This document shows, one piece after another, positions 50,892 to 60,462 of a stretch of 64,000 nucleotides of DNA. The stretch's first letter is position 1. Every line of letters starts with the position of its first letter. A program made the translations under genes and the position numbers. Source of the stretch: a virus. The stretch spans positions 15,758 to 79,757 of IMG/VR virus record IMGVR_UViG_3300050034_000098; one strand, given 5' to 3'. The notes below the pieces were generated by a model that had not been told where the DNA came from, ran no database searches, and saw nothing but the letters and a program-made list of their open reading frames with translations.

Positions 50892-51372
50892 CCAACTTTC
50901 CTATTTTTTCAACTTCTTTATATAGGATATAGGGCGTTATATCGTCTGCCGGAACTTCACTTAAAATATCATAGCCATATGCTCTTAATATTCTTGTGTC
51001 ATCTTCACTACAGTCTCCAGTAAATTCTCCATCGCCTTCTGTTTCAATTCCAGTAAGTGTGTAAATTGCACCGTTTAGTAAGGCTAACCAACCATATGGT
51101 CTACCCCAAACTTTATTAAATTCAGTATCACCAGCTTGTACAAATTCGTCAGGCACATCTAATTCAAATATTCTTACTTTATTTTTATCATATAAATCAA
51201 TATTAGTTTCCACAAATCCACTAGACAGGGCTTCTCTGAAATGTCCACTAACATCCATTCCACAATGGGAAGGGACAAACCCTTTAGATTCGTCACCAAT
51301 TGATTCTACAAATTTAATAACTTCACTATACCAAGCATCACTACTTATAAAAATTACATACCTTTTATTCAT
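50878..51372 (-). CDS. Permuted papain-like NlpC/P60 (YiiX/YebB-like) amidase
   Basis: His (PSHCG) precedes Cys (GDCSE), with G.PY...L between. Confidence 0.7.
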   Translation of the reverse strand: MNKRYVIFISSDAWYSEVIKFVESIGDESKGFVPSHCGMDVSGHFREALSSGFVETNIDLYDKNKVRIFELDVPDEFVQAGDTEFNKVWGRPYGWLALLNGAIYTLTGIETEGDGEFTGDCSEDDTRILRAYGYDILSEVPADDITPYILYKEVEKIGKLVENV

Positions 51373-51378
51373 ATTGAA

Positions 51379-51969
51379 TCACCCCAATTTTTGCAGATAA
51401 TATTCAGTTTTGCCACGGATTATATCTCCACCCCTGTCACCACTTTGAGACGAAGGATTATAACTAGGAGATTCTTTAGTTCCTAAAAATTCCAAATCCC
51501 ATCTCTCTACGGTTGAGTTGGGACCATAAGGATCACTAGCAACTAAACCATCTTCATTATCTGCCGCTTCTCCGTGAGTCATTAAATGTTCTTTATCAGC
51601 AGGTATCGCTACTCCTTTTAAAATTACTGCATTTACTTGATATAACATTTCTAGTTGTTGTGCCGTTGGAGGTTCATTTCCTAGATTATCTGTATTCGCA
51701 CCAACACAGCAAGCAAGGGCAACACCAACCGCCCCACTATTTCTATGATAGGTATGAGATAGCACTTCTGACAAATCTTCAACAGATAAATGAATGCTTC
51801 CATCCCTATCTATATTAATCTGGTAATCATCAAAGAACTGACCATAATGTCCTGCACTCCAATGATTATATATTTTTATACAACGACCTTGATTATATGC
51901 AGAATCATTTAATCCTTGAAAAGAATTGGCAACAACTTCCTTTAATTCTTCTAATGTTATTTCTCTCAT
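51379..51969 (-). CDS. Endolysin, N-acetylmuramoyl-L-alanine amidase (Amidase_2-like), no cell-wall-binding domain
   Basis: IYNHWSAG...INIDRDG...SHTYHRNSGAVGVAL...PT.QQ...THGE. Confidence 0.85.
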   Translation of the reverse strand: MREITLEELKEVVANSFQGLNDSAYNQGRCIKIYNHWSAGHYGQFFDDYQINIDRDGSIHLSVEDLSEVLSHTYHRNSGAVGVALACCVGANTDNLGNEPPTAQQLEMLYQVNAVILKGVAIPADKEHLMTHGEAADNEDGLVASDPYGPNSTVERWDLEFLGTKESPSYNPSSQSGDRGGDIIRGKTEYYLQKLG

Positions 51970-51970
51970 A

Positions 51971-52198
51971 TTATTCTCCTTTTAAATATTGTATAATTAT
52001 GGTTTGTTTACTTTTTTCTATATTTGCAACGTCCATAGCCTTTACTACGCTATGATTATTTACTCTTAAATAAATAGGTCTTTTTGTATAGGTTTCTCCA
52101 TTTTGAAATCCCATTGTATACCCAACAATTCCAGAAAGCGTTATAAGAACTAAAGCAAGTGATATTAGAGTAAGTTTTAATTTATCCATTATTTCCAC
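51971..52198 (-). CDS. Small protein with N-terminal TM helix (lysis cassette)
   Basis: KLKLTLISLALVLITLSGIVGY. Confidence 0.6.
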   Translation of the reverse strand: MEIMDKLKLTLISLALVLITLSGIVGYTMGFQNGETYTKRPIYLRVNNHSVVKAMDVANIEKSKQTIIIQYLKGE

Positions 52199-52506
52199 GT
52201 CTTTACTAGTGTTGAGCCAGCAATCACTAGATTTACTACAGTTATAATACCGTAAACTAATGCGCCAGCCCCACTTATTTTATTAGAATTTGCTTTAAGT
52301 GTCTCAATTTCTTTGCCTTGTTGGGTTTGAATATCTCTTAGTGATAATAATGCTTTTTCTTGCGATATTGCAGAATCTACCTCACGTTTTTCACGTTCAA
52401 TTATTTGTGTTGATATGATCGCAACACTTGTTTCTGTTTTATGAACCGCATCAGAAATCTCATTCATTTTTCTTAGAAGTTCAACCGTAACCTCCTCAAC
52501 ACCCAT
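52189..52506 (-). CDS. Putative holin (XhlA-like: coiled coil plus C-terminal TM)
   Basis: Architecture and position upstream of the endolysin. Confidence 0.55.
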   Translation of the reverse strand: MGVEEVTVELLRKMNEISDAVHKTETSVAIISTQIIEREKREVDSAISQEKALLSLRDIQTQQGKEIETLKANSNKISGAGALVYGIITVVNLVIAGSTLVKTWK

Positions 52507-52530
52507 CTGATTTATCCCCCCGACTGTGAT

Positions 52531-54330
52531 TTATACTACAATATTATCAACATAACCAAACCTAAGACTATTTAATTTAATAATAGCTGGGGAGGCAATA
52601 GACTCACTATAAATACCACAGAATCCAGCGTTGAAAGATATATCAGTAACCGTGATTAATAAGGCTCCATCAATGTAAACATTAATTAACCCAACCTTTG
52701 AGTGAAATATTTGAATAAGGTGTATTTTTGTGAAATCTAAAGTTACAGTAGCTGTGGCTATTGAAGCCCCATTGGCATTTAAAATTATTGATGATGTTTC
52801 TAATGAAAGACTATAACCAGGAGACATCTTCAATGTATTATTTGATTTATTACCAAACCAAGATATTCCACTACCTGCATAAAATAACCCCTCAAACTCA
52901 ATAGATAGGGTTTTAAGATTAACTAGGTCTAAACTTAAATCCCGATAGTTATATAACATTAAGTTTGAAGGTGAAGGAGTTACACTAGCTATAGGAGAAT
53001 ATTTAATTTTTGAATCAATTAGGTTATATAGGGTATTTAAGTTTCCCACAGTTCCTGATGAAAATGAGGCATCGTTATTATAAAATATTGATGGTTGAAA
53101 TTTAAATGCTGACATATATATACTGTAAGGTGTTACAGTAGTTTGACCAGGCTTGGCATTAGAAATGTTGATTGACATATAGTAATAACCTAATCCAATG
53201 TCACTTAATATGAGATTCTTAACATCAAATAAGGTATCAGTTTTACTATATAAATCTATCTCTATGGCTTTTGAAATAGCAGGACCAAATATATTAATAA
53301 CCATTATTCCCCCATCTGGTTTCTTTGGACACATAATAAACAAATCCATATGTGGGGCTGAAACCACAAAGTCAAATGAGAAAAATCCACCTAAGGTACT
53401 ATCTGATAGGGCTTTTAGGTTAAATGAATAAAATTGATTAACATCTGCTTCTGACCCAACAATATTGGTAAACACAAAGGGTGAAAAACATGCTGGAATG
53501 GTTATATCTTTTCTTTGGTCTAACTCCAATACTCTACTATCAGGGTCAAACAATCCCCAGAATACCAAATCACCCATTAGTAAATAACCAAGAGCATTAA
53601 AATGAACAAAGTTATCTGGTTGAAGATAATTATATGAATATATTTGATCAAGATACAATTCCATTATTTTTTTATTAAAATCCATAAAACCTATGTCATA
53701 TAATTTTGCTATACCTTCAACAATTCCACTGTATAAGTATATAAGTTTGTTGGTATCTGATGTTGGTTCACTCCATTGGGGATAAAAAGTGGGTGGAGGG
53801 TTTAATAACATTGGAACAATACCAGCAGTAATACACTTCTCCACCATTAATTTAAGATTAGAGGCATAATCAGAAAGAGAAGTTCCAACTGCAACGTCAT
53901 TAATACCATAAAGTATAATTACTAAATCTGGGTTTAAAGCAATTACATCAGTATCCATATTGGCTAAGCCTTGTGTACTGGTTTGACCATTTGTCCCCTT
54001 ATTTACCACAGTAATTACTTGATTGTTAAAATGGTTTCTTAAATTACTTTGTAGCCTAGCAGGATAGGGGGTATCTACTTGAACTGATCCAGTATAACCA
54101 TATGTGATACTGTCCCCATAACAAATTATATTTACTGCTTCTTTATTATAAAACTTTTGAATTACACTTTGGGATAATGATGGAAAACTCATTTTTCCAT
54201 CATTTAACACTCTTAAATCTTCAATTATTCTTGCCATAGCATCTTTTGGGATACTTTTAGCACCCCACGAACCAGTATGAGTTATTGCTCCAGATATTGG
54301 GTCTGTTTCTTCTCCATATTCAAAAGCCAT
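52531..54330 (-). CDS. SGNH/GDSL esterase-containing tail/receptor-binding protein
   Basis: YGDSIT, NKG.NG.T, G.ND, D..HF..GY catalytic blocks; beta-rich C-terminal domains; follows the tail-tip genes. Confidence 0.8.
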   Translation of the reverse strand: MAFEYGEETDPISGAITHTGSWGAKSIPKDAMARIIEDLRVLNDGKMSFPSLSQSVIQKFYNKEAVNIICYGDSITYGYTGSVQVDTPYPARLQSNLRNHFNNQVITVVNKGTNGQTSTQGLANMDTDVIALNPDLVIILYGINDVAVGTSLSDYASNLKLMVEKCITAGIVPMLLNPPPTFYPQWSEPTSDTNKLIYLYSGIVEGIAKLYDIGFMDFNKKIMELYLDQIYSYNYLQPDNFVHFNALGYLLMGDLVFWGLFDPDSRVLELDQRKDITIPACFSPFVFTNIVGSEADVNQFYSFNLKALSDSTLGGFFSFDFVVSAPHMDLFIMCPKKPDGGIMVINIFGPAISKAIEIDLYSKTDTLFDVKNLILSDIGLGYYYMSINISNAKPGQTTVTPYSIYMSAFKFQPSIFYNNDASFSSGTVGNLNTLYNLIDSKIKYSPIASVTPSPSNLMLYNYRDLSLDLVNLKTLSIEFEGLFYAGSGISWFGNKSNNTLKMSPGYSLSLETSSIILNANGASIATATVTLDFTKIHLIQIFHSKVGLINVYIDGALLITVTDISFNAGFCGIYSESIASPAIIKLNSLRFGYVDNIVV

Positions 54331-54344
54331 TATGTTACCCCCTT

Positions 54345-55121
54345 CTATAATCCTGTCACATCTAAAACTAAATATTGGTAGTTAACTGCGTAGTTAGTCC
54401 AATAATAACTGGATGGAACCTGACTAACCCAAACACTATCATCCATTAAGACTTGATAGGTACTTATAATTTGATTACTTTGAAAATTGAAAGCCTGAAG
54501 TCTTACTCCAGTGTATCCAGCATTTGGGGGAAATCCCACATCTGGTATATTAACTTCCCATGTTAAACAACCAGCTGATATAGCTGAAGTTATGTTGGAA
54601 TCATGAGATACAGTACCTAAAACTGTACCTATAGTTGTGGGTCTAGTTCTAACTCCCTGGACAGAGGATATTACTTTCATAAATTTACCTTGATCTGAGA
54701 ATACTACATTACTGTTACTATCTCTTACCTCAAAATGTTGTCCAGGGGGAATATTATTATAGTCAAAGAAATAAATAGTAACTTCAGCCCCTTGCTCACC
54801 TGATATGGTTAATATTGGATTTCCAATATCTGGAGCATACCTACCTAGAAGTAGCATGCATTGAACAAATTTACCATTATTGCATCTATAAGCATATATC
54901 ATTTTCCCTTGTTCTGGAGTTAGCACTACCCTTTCACTATATAAAGGAGTCCCTGTACCCCATAAATTAGAACCAAGAAATACTGACTGGCCGCTGGGTT
55001 GATAAGAGGTAATTAAATCCGTTAAGGTAACAGTAACTTTATTTATAAATTGAAAGTTTCTATACTCTTCAGTAATCTGAAGGATATTATTATTATTATA
55101 TATTTGAATTCCTGCTGTCAT
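54345..55121 (-). CDS. Tail-tip associated protein (start revised to MTAGIQIYN)
   Basis: M.AG.QI.N....LQI...Y.N N-terminus resembles post-gpJ genes of Gram-negative siphophages. Confidence 0.7.
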   Translation of the reverse strand: MTAGIQIYNNNNILQITEEYRNFQFINKVTVTLTDLITSYQPSGQSVFLGSNLWGTGTPLYSERVVLTPEQGKMIYAYRCNNGKFVQCMLLLGRYAPDIGNPILTISGEQGAEVTIYFFDYNNIPPGQHFEVRDSNSNVVFSDQGKFMKVISSVQGVRTRPTTIGTVLGTVSHDSNITSAISAGCLTWEVNIPDVGFPPNAGYTGVRLQAFNFQSNQIISTYQVLMDDSVWVSQVPSSYYWTNYAVNYQYLVLDVTGL

Positions 55122-55122
55122 A

Positions 55123-55404
55123 TTAGTACACCCCATACATAACATGGAGACTTACAGGATTATCCCTGGCAAATGTCCATATTAACTCATTGTCACCAGT
55201 CCAGATAACTAAAGGTACTAAGTAAATCAACTCACCAGAATTAGGATAAAAAATGTTATACCAGGGAGTTCCCGTTCTTAATCCATCATCTATTAGTGAA
55301 CCATTAACAACACCAGTATCAAATTCTCCCAATACCCTAGTTAACCTATCAGTAACATCTAGTATCAAATTTCCTTCACCATCAAAACATTGTAACCCTT
55401 GCAT
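55123..55404 (-). CDS. Small tail-tip associated protein
   Basis: GLQCFD.EG.LILDVTDRLTR motif; position after the J-like gene. Confidence 0.7.
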   Translation of the reverse strand: MQGLQCFDGEGNLILDVTDRLTRVLGEFDTGVVNGSLIDDGLRTGTPWYNIFYPNSGELIYLVPLVIWTGDNELIWTFARDNPVSLHVMYGVY

Positions 55405-58400
55405 TAGTCAAACACCCCAATCCTTACTCTAAGAACATTATTGGTATCAAATACTTGTATCAGATTATCTGATATTTCAGTTCTAGCCCCTGTAGTAGCT
55501 GTTCTTAAGGTTCCAATAGTTGCTGACACAGCAGATAATGAAGTTACTGACATTTTATCAGCAGTAACACTTTGAGCTTGTAGCATTCTATTTACAATTA
55601 CACTATCATCAAACAAAGTGGTTCCCGTAATATGAATATATTTACTATCTATAGTTATGGCTTCTGGACAGACATTGATTAATGATATTAAATTAGCACT
55701 TGTAGCCCTCAACTGAATAGCTGATGCCGCTTGAGCAATAGCAGTATATCCACAGTTTTCAAGATTTGTGTTAAGTTCAGTTACTACCGAAGTTATATTG
55801 CTGGCATTTTGGGTTATTTGACTTGAAAATCCAGTGTTTTGACCATTTTGATAATCTTTAAAATCTTGAACTGTGGTTGTTATTCCATCAGCAGTTTGTT
55901 TTAATTGAGAAATAGCTGTATATTGTGGGGTAGCTCCAGGGTCTGAATTTAATATAGCCACAGTTGTGGTTATTTGGTAAGAAGCTTGTTGAATTGCCGA
56001 AGCATTAGTTTCATCAACCTGAACTAATGTATTGACTTCGCTGTTAAAGTCAGTATAAGAGACTCTCCCAGATATTGCAGTATTAAAAGTTGTTGTGTCT
56101 ACTGAAGCTTGAGCCGCCGCAACTGCCGCTTGTATTGTGGTATCCATCTTGGCAAGAGATAATGATTCTGCCGCAATTAATGCAGGGTCTATAGTGGCTG
56201 ATATAGTGAAACTCTGAACAGCAGATAATGTTCCTTCTCCAAAGATATCAGTAAAAGCAACGGATATATCATAAATACCTGCCGTTGATTTAAAGGTATA
56301 ACTATTATTAGCACTAGAATATATAACTGTTCCCGTTCCGTCATTTGTGTGAACGGAAATTCCCGTAGCATTCGTAGGAAGGACGTCTGTAGTTATTATT
56401 AATCCTTGAAATATTGAAGTTATTGTAACCACAGGTGCAATTGGTGCAGTCTTACTCCAAGTAAGCGTTGCGGCACTAGAATATTCTTCTGCTGTATTAT
56501 GTGAATATAAATAAGCAGTCCCACTACGAGAACTTGGAGTAACAGTTGCCTTTGTTGACGATGTTTTTACAAGTAAATTAGTTGAACTACCAGTATTTGT
56601 ATCAGTGCGCAATTCATAATAATCCACGTCAGAATCTGACGTACTCCAATTCCAAGTACATACTGTTGTAATATCAACAGTAAAATCATTTGGTGTTGTT
56701 GGCTGGTATGTCTTTGAATGAACTGTAACATCAATTGTTGGAGAATTGTCAAGATCAGATCTTCTACTAGAAGTATTTACAGTAACTACTTTAAAGGTAT
56801 AAGTAAGTCCTTTCGTAACATTTGTTACAAAAAAAGAATTAGTACCTGTCCCAGCATATATCCATGTATTAGATGATGCCGTAATACTATTCCATGAACC
56901 ATCAAGTTCATTTATCGATACATCTATTTCGTCCATAGCAGGGTTATCAGATAACATATAGATATCAGCATTTTTGTAGTTCATATAAGTAGATAGCCAT
57001 GCTAATTTTATATCAGTAACAATTGTTCCGTCTCCAAGTTCTCTATAATTTTGAGTTGCTGATAAGTCCGTAACATAAGGAACAGTTTCTACTAATGCAC
57101 TTGGTGTAGTTACGTAATTCCCAATAGTTATTTGAGCACCTAATGCATCATCATAAATACTTGCGTTATATTGTTGTGCTTGTATTTTCCACTTACCGTT
57201 TTCTTCGGCTGTATTCATTATTCTAAAAGGTGCATTTGAAAGAGATCTATATGAAATAGTGCAAATATCTCCTGGTTGTAAATGCATTGCAAACGTCCCT
57301 GTAGAAAATGTTATAACCGCTCCGTTTAGTCTATTTATAGCCTTATATATTCTACCAAGTCTTAATGCTTGTCCTTGAGAGGTACAACCTTGTAATGTTA
57401 CTTCTTTTGGTATTATTGCTCCTCTTGCATCTTGGTCTGCATAATCATTTACTTGTACTGAAATTAATGCCCAATTTTGTGCTGGATCATAATACTTAAT
57501 ATTATACTGGTTTGGGCAAGAAGTTAGTCCGTCATAATCAAATTTAACCTCAAGCATATTATTTTCTGTAAAAGAATAAGATGAAGATTCTTGTTTTTCC
57601 ATCCTTAAATAAATCTTATTTCCTGATATACTTAAAAATCCACCAAATACTGCAAGAATGTCTTGAATATTATCTAAGTGTTTACGCTTTTGTGCAAGAA
57701 TTAAATTTAATGCATATCTTGGTTCTGTAACTGTAACACCATAAGCATCAACATATGTAACCGAACCATCACAATAATCTGCAACCTCTTCAAAAGAGTC
57801 AGCATCCAGCATTTCTTCACTTAACCATCTTCCCATTCCGTATCGTTTATTTAATAAATAATCTCTTAGACACATTGCAGGATTTTCTGAATATGCAGTT
57901 AGTGATGTTCTTGTATCATATACTAATTTACCTTTGATTATACATGCGATATTTGGATTACTATACGAGAGAGTAGAGGTTGCAACTAAATTAGCCCGAA
58001 TCCATGCTGTATTTTTATAACTTCCTGTGACAGAATAATTTGTCGGGGGAGTTTGTGAAGCACTACCGGTATATAAACTATAGGTACTTTTTGTTTCTTG
58101 TTGACCTGTTACTGCAATTGGAGTTTTATAACATGCTTGTACATCAAAAGGTTTTACTGTTTCAGGTGTAGCAGAGCAACCGTTGAAGTCTAAAACTCTC
58201 CACCCTTTACCTAGCTTTTCAATATGCTGAACGAATAACCCCATATTACACTGAAAATCATTAGATGAATCATCTTTTAAATCTCCGTCACCTTGCATTA
58301 TTAATTGATCAGAAGTCCCATTTGCGTAAAGTGTCATTAACCTATCATTACCTGTTGGGTTATCTGTTTCTTGAATACGGATTGTTGCATCAGCATATGC

Positions 58401-58808
58401 TATATTTTCAACTTCAAATATTGTTTGATAGCCACCAATACTTATGCAGTTGGCTGTAATACCTTGTATTCCTTCAATTTCACCTTCACATAATACTACA
58501 TCCTTGTTCATAGAACTAGCTGTAGATGTAGAAGATTTCCATGTTTCAAGAGCGCCTGAATATTTCCTAGTTCCATAAACTATTGGTATCATTTGATCAT
58601 TAGCTATTTGATTCGTCGCTGTGTCAAACGAATAACTTGTAGATCCTCCTTGGTGAGTTGCTGTCCATATTGAAGACATAAGAGAAGCCCCATATAAACC
58701 TGCACCAAGAGAATTTCCAACCATTCCAAGTAATTTTTGTCCCCAGCCACCAGCTCCAATAAAGAATCCGGCAATAGAGAAAATTGCTTTTCCCGTGCTT
58801 TTCCCCAT
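55404..58808 (-). CDS. Tail tip/central fibre protein (lambda gpJ-like host specificity protein)
   Basis: IPIVYG, SNPNIACIIKGK.V.D.R, NPAMCLRDYL...YGMG, L.PGD...I, Fn3-like repeats, C-terminal coiled coil. Confidence 0.9.
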   Translation of the reverse strand: MGKSTGKAIFSIAGFFIGAGGWGQKLLGMVGNSLGAGLYGASLMSSIWTATHQGGSTSYSFDTATNQIANDQMIPIVYGTRKYSGALETWKSSTSTASSMNKDVVLCEGEIEGIQGITANCISIGGYQTIFEVENIAYADATIRIQETDNPTGNDRLMTLYANGTSDQLIMQGDGDLKDDSSNDFQCNMGLFVQHIEKLGKGWRVLDFNGCSATPETVKPFDVQACYKTPIAVTGQQETKSTYSLYTGSASQTPPTNYSVTGSYKNTAWIRANLVATSTLSYSNPNIACIIKGKLVYDTRTSLTAYSENPAMCLRDYLLNKRYGMGRWLSEEMLDADSFEEVADYCDGSVTYVDAYGVTVTEPRYALNLILAQKRKHLDNIQDILAVFGGFLSISGNKIYLRMEKQESSSYSFTENNMLEVKFDYDGLTSCPNQYNIKYYDPAQNWALISVQVNDYADQDARGAIIPKEVTLQGCTSQGQALRLGRIYKAINRLNGAVITFSTGTFAMHLQPGDICTISYRSLSNAPFRIMNTAEENGKWKIQAQQYNASIYDDALGAQITIGNYVTTPSALVETVPYVTDLSATQNYRELGDGTIVTDIKLAWLSTYMNYKNADIYMLSDNPAMDEIDVSINELDGSWNSITASSNTWIYAGTGTNSFFVTNVTKGLTYTFKVVTVNTSSRRSDLDNSPTIDVTVHSKTYQPTTPNDFTVDITTVCTWNWSTSDSDVDYYELRTDTNTGSSTNLLVKTSSTKATVTPSSRSGTAYLYSHNTAEEYSSAATLTWSKTAPIAPVVTITSIFQGLIITTDVLPTNATGISVHTNDGTGTVIYSSANNSYTFKSTAGIYDISVAFTDIFGEGTLSAVQSFTISATIDPALIAAESLSLAKMDTTIQAAVAAAQASVDTTTFNTAISGRVSYTDFNSEVNTLVQVDETNASAIQQASYQITTTVAILNSDPGATPQYTAISQLKQTADGITTTVQDFKDYQNGQNTGFSSQITQNASNITSVVTELNTNLENCGYTAIAQAASAIQLRATSANLISLINVCPEAITIDSKYIHITGTTLFDDSVIVNRMLQAQSVTADKMSVTSLSAVSATIGTLRTATTGARTEISDNLIQVFDTNNVLRVRIGVFD

Positions 58809-58822
58809 ATATTACCATCTCC

Positions 58823-59653
58823 TCATGTTTTAATCATATAATCGAGTGCTACTGCTGGAAACCCACCATAATTAATAGTATTAGAGTGTCTTGTACAATC
58901 AGTAGGAGTATGGTCACAACCTGTTTTCATTGTATACGAAGTATTAATAACAGGAACGGTATAAAATGGGTATTCTACTGTTACACTTCCAACTGTTGAA
59001 CTTATTATTTTTTTTGTTTCATAAGCTATCGTGATTGTCCCATTTTTCCAGTAATCAATTGCTTCTGTTATTGCGGAATCATATATAGTATATTGAGTTG
59101 TTCCAGATTTAGTTGTAGAAGTTTTTGTATATTGCGTTGCCCCACATTCGTCATTATCTCCAAACCAAGCATTGCAATTAATTCCAACAATTCTTCCTGA
59201 TTCTGTGTTAACCATTCTCTGTGTTAATGTTGTACTGAATACTGCTTTATCCATATCTAACGATGGTGCATCAATATACCCACTATAAACATATTTATAT
59301 TCGGTTGGTTGTGCGAGGCTTCCAGGATATGCTATTTGAATTATATCTACTTGCGAACCCCTAAAATCGAATGTTTGTAATAGTGCATTCATAAAAGCAT
59401 TTGTTGAGTCTGAAATAGTGATCGTTACATTGTCTATTTTATTATCAAGGGTTTGTTTAAGAGAACTTCTTTGAATTGGTATCGGTTCATAAGTTACTTG
59501 AGTGCTAGTTCCAAGTTCATACCAAGGGACAACAACGTCTAAATTTGTATAATGTAATACTCCAGTTTTTAATGTTATAATATATAAATCTACGAAAAAT
59601 GTTTCATATGAATCTTTCATTTCTGAAAGAATTACAGGTAATACGATGCTCAT
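58823..59653 (-). CDS. DUF2163/lambda gpL-like baseplate hub protein
   Basis: YEP.PI.RS.....D..ID; C-terminal C...FGD..C and GCD.T..DC...N..NYGGFP. Confidence 0.85.
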   Translation of the reverse strand: MSIVLPVILSEMKDSYETFFVDLYIITLKTGVLHYTNLDVVVPWYELGTSTQVTYEPIPIQRSSLKQTLDNKIDNVTITISDSTNAFMNALLQTFDFRGSQVDIIQIAYPGSLAQPTEYKYVYSGYIDAPSLDMDKAVFSTTLTQRMVNTESGRIVGINCNAWFGDNDECGATQYTKTSTTKSGTTQYTIYDSAITEAIDYWKNGTITIAYETKKIISSTVGSVTVEYPFYTVPVINTSYTMKTGCDHTPTDCTRHSNTINYGGFPAVALDYMIKT

Positions 59654-60030
59654 GTATCATAACACACCCTTAACTTAACTTTAAGAGTAAACCCTACAAT
59701 TCCAAATTCTCCAGTAGTATCATTTAGGGCATAAAATGTAGTCGGTTTACAACCATCTTCGGCAAATCGAACAGTATACTGGGTTGTATTTGGATATGGA
59801 GGAGTATAATAAAACTTAATTCCTCCAAGTACATGAGATTCCCAAAAGGACATAACGCTAGCATAAATATCTTCGGTGCCACCAACTGTAAATTCCCATA
59901 TTTTTTTAAGATTAACTGATTTCTGTTGGACCTGTTCGTAACCGCTATCAAATTCTATTCTAATATTATTTGCTGTATAATCAGGATTAAATCCTTGAGA
60001 AGCAATTGGCTTCCACGTAAATGTGTCAAT
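59650..60030 (-). CDS. Distal tail protein (lambda gpM-like), ATT start
   Basis: My translation from ATT at 60030: (M)DTFTWKPIASQGFNPDYTANNIRIEFDSGYEQVQQ..., continuous with the ORF-track fragment 59650-59853. Confidence 0.8.
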   Translation of the reverse strand: MDTFTWKPIASQGFNPDYTANNIRIEFDSGYEQVQQKSVNLKKIWEFTVGGTEDIYASVMSFWESHVLGGIKFYYTPPYPNTTQYTVRFAEDGCKPTTFYALNDTTGEFGIVGFTLKVKLRVCYDT

Positions 60031-60036
60031 AAGTCA

Positions 60037-60462
60037 TCATCTCCTTCTAAACCCAATTTTAAATCCCTTTTCCCAAAAGTCTCTATGCGATATAAATGAA
60101 CTTTCAGGCATTTCTGATGTGTTCCATTGTTTACTATGTGGAAAAGTTGTTAATAATTTACCATATTCTAAATATATACCACAATGAGATTCACCATTTA
60201 TCATGAAAAGTACTATATCTCCAAATTGTAATTCTTTTGATTTTTTTATTTTATTCATGTTTTTTATAAAGAATCGTATCATACGAAATGGTGTTTTTAT
60301 ATACCAATCTTCTTCGAATTCTCCATCATATATTTCTGGCTCCCAATTATGCTCTTTATAAAAGAGCCTTACAAGACCAATACAGTCTGCTGAGTCGTGT
60401 GAAAACCCAGCAAACTCATATGGTATTCCTATATATTTATTTAGAACTGAAATCGTATCCAT
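60037..60462 (-). CDS. NlpC/P60 tail assembly protein (gpK-like)
   Basis: YIGIPY..G....ADC.GLV...HCGIY. Confidence 0.85.
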   Translation of the reverse strand: MDTISVLNKYIGIPYEFAGFSHDSADCIGLVRLFYKEHNWEPEIYDGEFEEDWYIKTPFRMIRFFIKNMNKIKKSKELQFGDIVLFMINGESHCGIYLEYGKLLTTFPHSKQWNTSEMPESSFISHRDFWEKGFKIGFRRR

